Origin: Balanoglossus misakiensis
Taxonomy: Eukaryota > Animalia > Hemichordata
Direction of reading: 5' to 3'
DNA length: 64,000 nt
Assembly (NCBI GenBank): GCA_040954595.2
Contig: CM082585.2
Coordinates: forward strand, 1,766,902-1,830,901
Shown: positions 29,801 through 42,899 of the stretch, in pieces
How positions within the stretch are numbered: position 1 is the first letter of the stretch
Layout of the letters: the number at the start of each line of letters is the position of its first letter
Translations under genes and position numbers: made by a program
Notes under the pieces: model-generated
Databases searched by the model: none
What the model was told of the DNA's origin: nothing
The model's input: the letters and a program-made list of their open reading frames with translations, nothing else

Positions 29801-32800
29801 AAATTCTGTTGTGATACGCAGAACACATATATAGGCCTATGCGCATAAGAACGTTTCCACTAGACTCTGTAGATCGACGGATAGCTGTAAAATTTCCATG
29901 GTTGCTTTTAAACAGCCTCGTTTATTTACCGATTTCTGTTGTGAGGCGCAGAACACATAGATAGGCCTATGTGCATAAGAAAGTTTTCCACTATAGACTC
30001 TGTAGATCGAGAGATAGTTCTAAAATGTCCATGGTTGCTTCCAAACACAGCCTCGTTTATTTACCGATTTCTGTTGTGATGCGCATAACACATAGATAGG
30101 CCTATGCGCATAAGAACGTTTTCCACTAGACTCTGTAGATCGACGGATAGTTGTACAATTTCCATGGTTGCTTCCAAACAGCATCGTTTATTTACCGAAT
30201 TCTGTTGTGAGGCGCAGAACACGTAATAGGTCTATGCGCATAAGGAAGTTTTCCACCAGACTCTGTAGATCGACGGATAGTTGTAAAATTTCATGATTGC
30301 TTCCAAATACAGCCTCGTTTATTTACCGATTTCTGTTGTGATGCGCATAACACATAGATAGGCCTATGCGCATAAGAACGTTTTCCACTAGACTATTTAG
30401 ATCGACGGATAGTTGTACAATTTCCATGGTTGCTTCCAAACAGCCTCGTTTATTTACCGATTTCTGTTGTGAGGCGCAGAACACATGATAGGCCTATGCG
30501 CATAAGACATTTTTCCACTAGACTCTGTAGATCGACGGATAGTTCTAAAATTTCCATTGTTGCTTCCAAACAGCCTCGTTTATTTACCGAATTCTGTTGT
30601 GAGGCGCAGAACACGTAATAGGCCTATGCGCATAAGAAACTTTTCAACTTTAGATCGAGAGATAGTTCTAAAATTTCCATGGTTGTTTCCAAACACAGCC
30701 TCGTTCATTTACAAAATTCTGTTGTGATGCGCTGAACACATACATATGCCTATGCGCATAAGAAAGTTTCCCACTAGACTCTGTAGATCGACGGATAGTT
30801 CTAAAATTTCCATGATTGCTTCCAAACACATCCTCGATTGTTTACAAAATTCTGTTGTGATGCGCAGAACACATATATAGGCCTATGCGCATATGAACGT
30901 TTTCCACTATACTCCGTAGATCGAAAGATAGTTGTACAATGTCCATGGTTGCTTCCAAACAGCCTCGTTTATTTACCGATTTCTGTTGTGAGGCGCAGAA
31001 CACATGATAGGCCTATGCGCATAAGACATTTTTCCACTAGACTCTGTAGATCGACGGATAGTTCTAAAATTTCCATGGTTGCTTCCAAACAGCCTCGTTT
31101 ATTTACCGAATTCTGTTGTGAGGCGCAGAGCACGTAATAGGCCTATGCGCATAAGAAAGTTTTCCACCAGACTCCTTAGATCGACGGATAGTTGTAAAAT
31201 TTCCATGGTTGTTTCCAAACACAGCCTCGTTCATTTATAAAATTCTGTTGTGATGCGCTGAACACATACATATGCCTATGCGCATAAGAAAGTTTCCCAC
31301 TAGACTCTGTAGATCGACGGATAGTTCTAAAATTTCCATGATTGCTTCCAAACACATCCTCGATTGTTTACAAAATTCTGTTGTGATGCGCAGAACACGT
31401 ATATAGGCCTATGCGCATATGAACGTTTTCCACTATACTCCGTAGATCGACAGATAGTTCTAAAATTTCCATTGTTGCTTCCAAACAAAGCCTCGTTTGT
31501 TTACAAAATTCTGTTGTGATGTGCATAACACATGATAGGCCTATGCGCACATGAACGTTTTTCCACTAGACTCTGTAGATCGACGGATAGTTCTAAAATT
31601 TACATGGTTGCTTCCAAACAGCCTCGTTTATTTACCGATTTCTGTTGTGAGGCGCAGAACACGTAATAGGCCTATGCGCATAAGAAAGTTTTCCACCAGA
31701 CTCTGTAGATCGACGGATAGTTGTAAAATTTACATGGTTGCTTCCAAATACAGCCTCGTTTATTTACCGATTTCTGTTGTGATGCGCATAATACATAGAT
31801 AGGCCTATGTGCATAATAAAGTTTTCCACTAGACTCTGTAGATCGAGAGATAGTTCTAAAATTTCCATGGTTGTTTCCAAACACAGCCTCGTTCATTTAC
31901 AAAATTCTGTTGTGATGCGCTGAATACATACATATGCCTATGCGCATAAGAAAGTTTCCCACTAGACTCTGTAGATCGACGGATAGTTCTAAAATTTCCA
32001 TGATTGCTTCCAAACACATCCTCGATTGTTTACAAAATTCTGTTGTGATGCGCAGAACACATATATAGGCCTATGCGCATATGAAAGTTTTCCACTATAC
32101 TCCGTAGATCGACGGATAGTTCTAAAATTTCCATTGTTGCTTCCAAACAGCCTCGTTTATTTACCGAATTCTGTTGTGAGGCGCAGAACACGTAATAGGC
32201 CTATGCGCATAAGAAACTTTTCAACTTTAGATCGAGAGATAGTTCTAAAATTTCCATGGTTGTTTCCAGACACAGCCTCGTTCATTTACAAAATTCTGTT
32301 GTGATGCGCTGAACACATACATATGCCTATGCGCATAAGAAAGTTTCCCACTAGACTCTGTAGATCGACGGATAGTTCTAAAATTTCCATGATTGCTTCC
32401 AAACACATCCTCGATTGTTTACAAAATTCTGTTGTGATGCGCAGAACACATATATAGGCCTATGCGCATATGAACGTTTTCCACTATACTCCGTAGATCG
32501 ACAGATAGTTGTAAAATTTCATGGTTGCTTCCAAATACAGCCTCGTTTATTTAGCGATTTCTGTTGTGATGCGCATAACACATAGATAGGCCTATGCGCA
32601 TAAGAACGTTTTCCACTAGACTTTGTAGATCGACGGATAGTTGTACAATGTCCATGGTTGCTTCCAAACAGCCTCGTTTATTTACCGAATTCTGTTGTGA
32701 GGCGCAGAACACGTAATAGGTCTATGCGCATAAGGAAGTTTTCCACCAGACTCTGTAGATCGACGGATAGTTGTAAAATTTCATGGTTGCTTCCAAATAC

Positions 32801-35800
32801 AGCCTCGTTTATTTACCGATTTCTGTTGTGATGCGCATAACACATAGATAGGCCTATGCGCATAAGAACGTTTTCCACTAGACTCTGTAGATCGACGGAT
32901 AGTTGTACAATTTCCATGGTTGCTTCCAAACAGCCTCGTTTATTTACCTATTTCTGTTGTGAGGCACAGAACACATGATAGGCCTATGCGCATAAGACAT
33001 TTTTCCACTAGACTCTGTAGATCGACGGATAGTTGTAAAATTTCCATGGTTGCTTCCAAACAGCCTCGTTTATTTACCGATTTCTGTTGTGATGCGCAGA
33101 ACACATAGATAGGCATATGTGCATAATAAAGTTTTCCACTAGACTCTGTAGATCGAGAGATAGTTCTAAAATTTCCATGATTGCTTCCAAACACAGCCTC
33201 GTTTGTTTACAAAATTCTGTTGTGATGCGCAGAACACATATATAGGCCTATGCGCATAATAACGTTTTCCACTAGACTCTGTAGATCGACGGATAGTTCT
33301 AAAATTTCCATGGTTGCTTCCAAACAGCCTCGTTTATTTACCGAATTCTGTTGTGAGGCGCAGAGCACGTAATAGGCCTATGCGCACAAGAAAGTTTTCC
33401 ACCAGACTCTGTAGATCGACGGATAGTTGTAAAATTTCCATGGTTGCTTCCAAACAGCCTCGTTTATTTACCGATTTCTGTTGTGATGCGCAGAACACAT
33501 AGATAGGCATATGTGCATAATAAAGTTTTCCACTAGACTCTGTAGATCGAGAGATAGTTCTAAAATTTCCATGGTTGCTTCCAAACACAGCCTCGTTTGT
33601 TTACAAAATTCTGTTGTGATGCGCAGAACACATATATAGGCCTATGCGCATAATAACGTTTTCCACTAGACTCTGTAGATCGACGGATAGTTGTAAAATT
33701 TCCATGGTTGCTTCCAAACAGCCTCGTTTATTTACCGAATTCTGTTGTGAGGCGCAGAACACATAGATAGGCATATGTGCATAAGAAAGTTTTCCACTAT
33801 AGACTCTGTAGATCGAGAGATAGTTCTAAAATGTCCATGGTTGCTTCCAAACACAGCCTCGTTTGTTTACAAAATTCTGTTGTGATACGCAGAACACATA
33901 TATAGGCCTATGCGCATAAGAACGTTTCCACTAGACTCTGTAGATCGACGGATAGCTGTAAAATTTCCATGGTTGCTTTTAAACAGCCTCGTTTATTTAC
34001 CGATTTCTGTTGTGAGGCGCAGAACACATAGATAGGCATATGTGCATAAGAAAGTTTTCCACTATAGACTCTGTAGATCGAGAGATAGTTCTAAAATGTC
34101 CATGGATGCTTCCAAACACAGCCTCGTTTATTTACCGATTTCTGTTGTGATGCGCATAACACATAGATAGGCCTATGCGCATAAGAACGTTTTCCACTAG
34201 ACTCTGTAGATCGACGGATAGTTGTACAATTTCCATGGTTGCTTCCAAACAGCATCGTTTATTTACCGAATTCTGTTGTGAGGCGCAGAACACGTAATAG
34301 GTCTATGCGCATAAGGAAGTTTTCCACCAGACTCTGTAGATCGACGGATAGTTGTAAAATTTCATGATTGCTTCCAAATACAGCCTCGTTTATTTACCGA
34401 TTTCTGTTGTGATGCGCATAACACATAGATAGGCCTATGCGCATAAGAACGTTTTCCACTAGACTATGTAGATCGACAGATAGTTGTACAATTTCCATGG
34501 TTGCTTCCAAACAGCCTCGTTTATTTACCGATTTCTGTTGTGAGGCGCAGAACACATGATAGGCCTATGCGCATAAGACATTTTTCCACTAGACTCTGTA
34601 GATCGACGGATAGTTCTAAAATTTCCATGGTTGCTTCCAAACAGCCTCGTTTATTTACCGAATTCTGTTGTGAGGCGCAGAGCACGTAATAGGCCTATGC
34701 GCATAATAAAGTTTCCCACTAGACTCTGTAGATCGACGGATAGTTCTAAAATTTCCATGAGTGCTTCCAAATACATCCTCGATTGTTTACAAAATTCTGT
34801 TGTGATGCGCAGAACACATATATAGGCCTATGCGCATATGAACGTTTTCCACTATACTCCGTAGATCGACAGATAGTTCTAAAATTTCCATCGTTGCTTC
34901 CAAACAAAGCCTCGTTTGTTTACAAAATTCTGTTGTGATGTGCATAACACATGATAGGCCTATGCGCACATGAACGTTTTTCCACTAGACTCTGTAGATC
35001 GACGGATAGTTCTAAAATTTACATGGTTGCTTCCAAACAGCCTCGTTTATTTACCGATTTCTGTTGTGAGGCGCAGAACACGTAATAGGCCTATGCGCAT
35101 AAGAAAGTTTTCCACCAGACTCTGTAGATCGACGGATAGTTGTAAAATTTACATGGTTGCTTCCAAATACAGCCTCGTTTATTTACCGATTTCTGTTGTG
35201 ATGCGCATAATACATAGATAGGCCTATGTGCATAATAAAGTTTTCCACTAGACTCTGTAGATCGAGAGATAGTTCTAAAATTTCCATGGTTGTTTCCAAA
35301 CACAGCCTCGTTCATTTACAAAATTCTTTTGTGATGCGCTGAACACATACATATGCCTATGCGCATAAGAAAGTTTCCCACTAGACTCTGTAGATCGACA
35401 GATAGTTCTAAAATTTCCATTGTTGCTTCCAAACAGCCTCGTTTATTTACCGAATTCTGTTGTGAGGCGCAGAACACGTAATAGGCCTATGCGCATAAGA
35501 AACTTTTCAACTTTATATCGAGAGATTGTTCTAAAATTTCCATGGTTGTTTCCAAACACAGCCTCGTTCATTTACAAAATTCTGTTGTGATGCGCTGAAC
35601 ACATACATATGCCTATGCGCATAAGAAAGTTTCCCACTAGATTCTGTAGATCGACGGATAGTTCTAAAATTTCCATGATTGCTTCCAAACACATCCTCGA
35701 TTGTTTACAAAATTCTGTTGTGATGCGCAGAACACATATATAGGCCTATGCGCATATGAACGTTTTCCACTATACTCCGTAGATCGACAGATAGTTCTAA

Positions 35801-36769
35801 AATTTCCAATGTTGCTTCCAAACAAAGCCTCGTTTGTTTACAAAATTATGTTGTGATGTGCATAACACATGATAGGCCTATGCGCATATGAACGTTTTCC
35901 ACTATACTCCGTAGATCGACAGATAGTTCTAAAATTTCCATTGTTGCTTCCAAACAAAGCCTCGTTTGTTTACAAAATTTTGTTGTGATGTGCATAACAC
36001 ATGATAGGCCTATGCGCACATGAACGTTTTTCCACTAGACTCTGTAGATCGACGGATAGTTCTAAAATTTCCATGGTTGTTTCCAAACAGCCTCGTTTAT
36101 TTACCGAATTCTGTTGTTAGGCGCAGAGCACGTAATAGGCCTATGCGCATAAGAAAGTTTTCCACCAAACTCTGTAGATCGACGGATAGTTGTAAAATTT
36201 ACATGGTTGCTTCCAAATACAGCCTCGTTTATTTACCGATTTCTGTTGTGATGCGCATAACACATAGATACGCCTATGCGCATAAGAACGTTTTCCACTA
36301 GACTCTGTAGATCGAGAGAAAGTTCTAAAATTTCCATGGTTGTTTCCAAACACAGCCTCGTTCATTTACAAAATTCTGTTGTGATGCGCTGAACACATAC
36401 ATATGCCTATGCGCATAAGAAAGTTTCCCACTAGACTCTGTAGATCGACGGATTGTTCTAAAATTTCCATGATTGCTTCCAAACACATCCTCGATTGTTT
36501 ACAAAATTCTGTTGTGATGCTCAGAACACATAGATAGGCCTATGCGCATATGAACGTTTTCCACTATACTCCGTAGATCGAGAGATAGTTCTAAAATTTC
36601 AATTGTTGCTTCCAAACAAAGCCTCGTTTCTTTACAAAATTCTGTTGTGATGTGCATAACACATGATAGGCCTATGCGCATAAAACATTTTTCCACTATA
36701 GTCTCTGTAGATCGACGGATAGTTCTTAAATTTCCATGGTTGCTTCCAAACAGCCTCGTTTATTTACCG

Positions 36770-39700
36770 AATTCTGTTGTTAGGCGCAGAACACGTAATA
36801 GGCCTGTGCGCATAAGAAAGTTTTCCACCAGACTCTGTAGATCGACGGATAGTTGTAAAATTTACATGGTTGCTTCCAAATACAGCCTCGTTTATTTAGC
36901 GATTTCTGTTGTGATGCGCATAATACATAGATAGGCCTATGCGCATAAGAACGTTTTCCACTAGACTCTGTAGATCGACGGATAGTTCTAAAATTTCCAT
37001 GGTTGCTTCCAAACAGCCTCGTTTATTTACCAAATTCTGTTGTGATGCGTAGAACACATACATATGCCTATGCGCATAAGAAATTTTTCCACTAGACTCC
37101 GTAGATCGACGGATAGTTCTAAAATTTCCATGGTTGCTTCCAAACAAAGCATCGTTTGTTTACAAAATTCTGTTGTGATGCGCAGAACACATAGAGAGGC
37201 CTATGCGCATAAGAACGTTTTCCACTAGTCTCTGTATATCGACGGATAGTTCTAAAATTTCCATGGTTGCTTCCAAACACATCCTCGTTTGTTTACAAAA
37301 TTATGTTGTGATGCGCATAATACATAGATAGGCCTATGCGCATAAGAACGTTTTCCACTAGACTCTGTAGATCGACGGATAGTTCTAAAATTTCCATGGT
37401 TGCTTCCAAACAGCCTCGTTTATTTACCGAATTCTGTTGTGAGGCGCAGAACACGTAATAGGCCTATGCGCATAAGAAACTTTTCCACCAGACTCTGTAG
37501 ATCGACGGATAGTTGTAAAATTTCCATGGTTGTTTCCAAACAGCCTCGTTTATTTACCGAATTCTGTTGTGATGCGTAGAACACATACATATGCCTATGC
37601 GCATAAGAAATTTTTCCACTAGACTCCGTAGATCGACGGATAGTTCTAAAATTTCCATGGTTGCTTCCAAACAAAGCATCGTTTGTTTACAAAATTCTGT
37701 TGTGATGCGCAGAACACATAGAGAGGCCTATGCGCATAAGAACGTTTTCCACTATACTCTGTAGATCGAGAGATAGTTCTAAAATTTCCATTGTTGCTTC
37801 CAAACACATCCTCGATTGTTTACAAAATTCTGTTGTGATGCGCAGAACACATATATAGGCCTATGCGCATATGAACGTTTTCCACTATACTCAGTAGATC
37901 GACAGATAGTTCTAAAATTTCCATTGTTGCTTCCAAACAAAGCCTCGTTTGTTTACAAAATTCTGTTGTGATGTGCATAACACATGATAGGCCTATGCGC
38001 ATATGAACGTTTTCCACTATACTCTGTAGATCGAGAGATAGTTCTTGAATTTCCATGTTTGCTTCCAAACAGCCTCTTTTATTTACGGAATTCTGTTTTG
38101 AGGCGCAGAACACATAGATAGGCATATGTGCATAAGAAAGTTTTCCACTATAGACTCTGTAGATCGATGGATAGTTCTTAAATTTCCATGGTTGCTTCCA
38201 AACAAAGCATCGTTTGTTTACAAAATTCTGTTGTGACGCGCAGAACACATAGATAGGCCTATGCGCAAATGAACGTTTTCCACTATACTCTTTAGATCGA
38301 GAGATAGTTCTAAAATTTCCATGGTTGCTTCCAAACTCCGCTTCGTTTGTTTACAAAATTCTGTTGTGATGCGCATAACACATAGATAGGCCTATGCGCA
38401 TATGAACGTTTTCCACTATACTCTGTAGATCGACAGATAGTTCTAAAATTTCCATGTTTGCTTCCAAACAGCCTCGTTTATTTACGGAATTCTGTTGTTA
38501 GGCGCAGAACACGTAATAGGCCTGTGCGCATAAGAAAGTTTTCCACCAGACTCTGTAGATCGACGGATAGTTGTAAAATTTACATGGTTGCTTCCAAATA
38601 CAGCCTCGTTTATTTAGCGATTTCTGTTGTGATGCGCATAATACATAGATAGGCCTATGCGCATAAGAACGTTTTCCACTAGACTCTGTAGATCGACGGA
38701 TAGTTCTAAAATTTCCATGGTTGCTTCCAAACAGCCTCGTTTATTTACCAAATTCTGTTGTGATGCGTAGAACACATACATATGCCTATGCGCATAAGAA
38801 ATTTTTCCACTAGACTCCGTAGATCGACGGATAGTTCTAAAATTTCCATGGTTGCTTCCAAACAAAGCATCGTTTGTTTACAAAATTCTGTTGTGATGCG
38901 CAGAACACATAGAGAGGCCTATGCGCATAAGAACGTTTTCCACTAGTCTCTGTATATCGACGGATATTTCTAAAATTTCCATGGTTGCTTCCAAACACAT
39001 CCTCGTTTGTTTACAAAATTATGTTGTGATGCGCATAATACATAGATAGGCCTATGCGCATAAGAACGTTTTCCACTAGACTCTGTAGATCGACGGATAG
39101 TTCTAAAATTTCCATGGTTGCTTCCAAACAGCCTCGTTTATTTACCGAATTCTGTTGTGAGGCGCAGAACACGTAATAGGCCTATGCGCATAAGAAACTT
39201 TTCCACCAGACTCTGTAGATCGACGGATAGTTGTAAAATTTCCATGGTTGTTTCCAAACAGCCTCGTTTATTTACCGAATTCTGTTGTGATGCGTAGAAC
39301 ACATACATATGCCTATGCGCATAAGAAATTTTTCCACTAGACTCCGTAGATCGACGGATAGTTCTAAAATTTCCATGGTTGCTTCCAAACAAAGCATCGT
39401 TTGTTTACAAAATTCTGTTGTGATGCGCAGAACACATAGAGAGGCCTATGCGCATAAGAACGTTTTCCACTATACTCTGTAGATCGAGAGATAGTTCTAA
39501 AATTTCCATTGTTGCTTCCAAACAAAGCCTCGTTTGTTTACAAAATTCTGTTGTGATGCGCAGAACACATATATAGGCCTATGCGCATATGAACGTTTTC
39601 CACTATACTCCGTAGATCGACGGATAGTTCTAAAATTTCCATTGTTGCTTCCAAACACATCCTCGATTGTTTACAAAATTCTGTTGTGATGCGCAGAACA

Positions 39701-40340
39701 CATATATAGGCCTATGCGCATATGAACGTTTTCCACTATACTCAGTAGATCGACAGATAGTTCTAAAATTTCCATTGTTGCTTCCAAACAAAGCCTCGTT
39801 TGTTTACAAAATTCTGTTGTGATGTGCAAAACACATGATAGGCCTATGCGCATATGAACGTTTTCCACTATACTCTGTAGATCGAGAGATAGTTCTTGAA
39901 TTTCCATGTTTGCTTCCAAACAGCCTCTTTTATTTACGGAATTCTGTTTTGAGGCGCAGAACACATAGATAGGCATATGTGCATAAGAAAGTTTTCCACT
40001 ATAGACTCTGTAGATCGATGGATAGTTCTTAAATTTCCATGGTTGCTTCCAAACAAAGCATCGTTTGTTTACAAAATTCTGTTGTGACGCGCAGAACACA
40101 TAGATAGGCCTATGCGCAAATGAACGTTTTCCACTATACTCTGTAGATCGAGAGATAGTTCTAAAATTTCCATGGTTGCTTCCAAACTCCGCTTCGTTTG
40201 TTTACAAAATTCTGTTGTGATGCGCATAACACATAGATAGGCCTATGCGCATATGAACGTTTTCCACTATACTCTGTAGATCGACAGATAGTTCTAAAAT
40301 TTCCATGTTTGCTTCCAAACAGCCTCGTTTATTTACGGAA
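36770..40340. repeat. Block duplication in the subdomain transition zone, period 1718 bp, rising to 1851 bp after one extra monomer
   Basis: ORF offsets 36896/38614 and 37420/39138 (1718), 37820/39671 (1851); private variant CCAAACTCCGCTTCG at ~38331 and ~40182. Confidence 0.85.
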
Positions 40341-42899
40341 TTCTGTTGTGAGGCGCATAACACATAGATAGGCCTATGCGCATATGAAAGTTTTCCACTA
40401 TACTCTGTAGATCGAGAGATAGTTCTAAAATTTCCACGGTTGCTTCCAAACAGCCTCGTTTATTTACGGAATTCTGTTGTGAGGCGCAGAACACATGATA
40501 GGCCTATGCGCATAAGAACGTTTTCGACTAGACTCTGTAGATCGACGGATAGTTCTAAAATTTCCATGGTTGCTTCCAAACAGCCTCGTTTATTTACCGA
40601 ATTCTGTTGTGAGGCGCAGAACACGTAATAGGCCTATGCGCATAAGAAAGTTTTCCACCAGACTCTGTAGATCGACGGATAGTTGTAAAATTTACATGGT
40701 TGCTTCCAAATACAGCCTCGTTTATTTAGCGGTTTCTGTTGTGATGCGCATAATACATAGATAGGCCTATGCGCATAAGAACGTTTTCGACTAGACTCTG
40801 TAGATCGACGGATAGTTCTAAAATTTCCATGGTTGCTTCCAAACAGCCTCGTTTATTTACCGAATTCTGTTGTGAGGCGCAGAACACGTAATAGGCCTAT
40901 GCGCAAAAGAAACTTTTCCACCAGACTCTGTAGATCGACGGATAGTTGTAAAATTTCCATGGTTGTTTCCAAACAGCCTCGTTTATTTACCGAATTCTGT
41001 TGTGATGCGTAGAACACATACATATGCCTTTGCGCATAAGAAATTTTTCCACTAGACTCCGTAGATCGACGGATAGTTCTAAAATTTCCATGGTTGCTTC
41101 CAAACAAAGCATCGTTTGTTTACAAAATTCTGTTGTGATGCGCAGAACACATAGAGAGGCCTATGCGCATAAGAAAGTTTTCCACTAGACTCTGTATATC
41201 GACGGATAGTTCTAAAATTTCCATGGTTGCTTCCAAACACATCCTCGTTTGTTTACAAAATTATGTTGTGATGCGCATAATACATAGATAGGCCTATGCG
41301 CATAAGAACGTTTTCCAGTAGACTCTGTAGATCGACGGATAGTTCTAAAATTTCCATGGTTGCTTCCAAACAGCCTCGTTTATTTACCGAATTCTGTTGT
41401 GATGCGTAGAATACATACATATGCCTATGCGCATAAGAAATTTTACCACTAGACTCCGTAGATCGACGGATAGTTCTAAAATTTCCATGGTTGCTTCCAA
41501 ACAAAGCATCGTTTGTTTACAAAATTCTGTTGTGATGCGCAGAACACATAGATAGGCCTATGCGCATATGAACGTTTTCCACTATACTCTGTAGATCGAC
41601 GGATAGTTCTAAAATTTCCATGGTTGCTTCCAAACAGCCTCGTTTATATACAGAATTCTGTTGTGAGACGCAGAACACATACATATGCCTATGCGCATAA
41701 GAAATTTTTCCACTAGACTCCGTAGATCGACGGATAGTTGTAAAATTTACATGGTTGCTTCCAAATACAGCCTCGTTTATTTAGCGATTTCTGTTGTGAT
41801 GCGCATAATACATAGATAGGCCTATGCGCATAAGAACGTTTTTCACTAGACTCTGTAGATCGACGGATAGTTCTAAAATTTCCATGGTTGCTTCCAAACA
41901 GCCTCTTTTATTTACCGAATTCTGTTGTGAGGCGCAGAACACGTAATAGGCCTATGCGCATAAGAGACTTTTCCACCAGACTCTGTAGATCGACGGATAG
42001 TTGTAAAATTTCCATGGTTGTTTCCAAACAGCCTCGTTTATTTACCGAATTCTGTTGTGATGCGTAGAACACATACATATGCCTATGCGCATAAGAAATT
42101 TTTCCACTAGACTCCGTAGATCGACGGATAGTTCTAAAATTTCCATGGTTGCTTCCAAACAAAGCATCGTTTGTTTACAAAATTCTGTTGTGATGCGCAG
42201 AACACATAGAGAGGCCTATGCGCATATGAACGTTTTCCACTAGACTCTGTATATCGACGGATAGTTCTAAAATTTCCATGGTTGCTTCCAAACACATCCT
42301 CGTTTGTTTACAAAATTCTGTTGTGATGCGCATAATACATAGATAGGCCTATGCGCATAAGAACGTTTTCCACTAGACTCTGTAGATCGACGGATAGTTC
42401 TAAAATTTCCATGGTTGCTTCCAAACAGCCTCGTTTATTTACAGAATTCTGTTGTGAGACGCAGAACACATACATATGCCTATGCGCATAAGAAATTTTT
42501 CCACTAGACTCCGTAGATCGACGGATAGTTGTAAAATTTACATGGTTGCTTCCAAATACAGCCTCGTTTATTTAGCGATTTCTGTTGTGATGCGCATAAT
42601 ACATAGATAGGCCTATGCGCATAAGAACGTTTTTCACTAGACTCTGTAGATCGACGCATAGTTCTAAAATTTCCATGGTTGCTTCCAAACAGCCTCTTTT
42701 ATTTACCGAATTCTGTTGTGAGGCGCAGAACACGTAATAGGCCTATGCGCATAAGAGACTTTTCCACCAGACTCTGTAGATCGACGGATAGTTGTAAAAT
42801 TTCCATGGTTGTTTCCAAACAGCCTCGTTTATTTACCGAATTCTGTTGTGATGCGTAGAACACATACATATGCCTATGCGCATAAGAAATTTTTCCACT

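Larger units (their letters stand above)
1..36500. repeat. Left satellite subdomain (monomer variant set 1)
   Basis: Enriched in variants GGCATATGTGCATAA, CCACTATAGACTC (+2 bp), AAATGTCCATGG, GTTGTACAAT, ACACATGATAGG and the 7-bp-deletion monomer TTTTCAACTTTAGATC; these are rare or absent to the right of ~40.5 kb. Boundary approximate. Confidence 0.8.
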
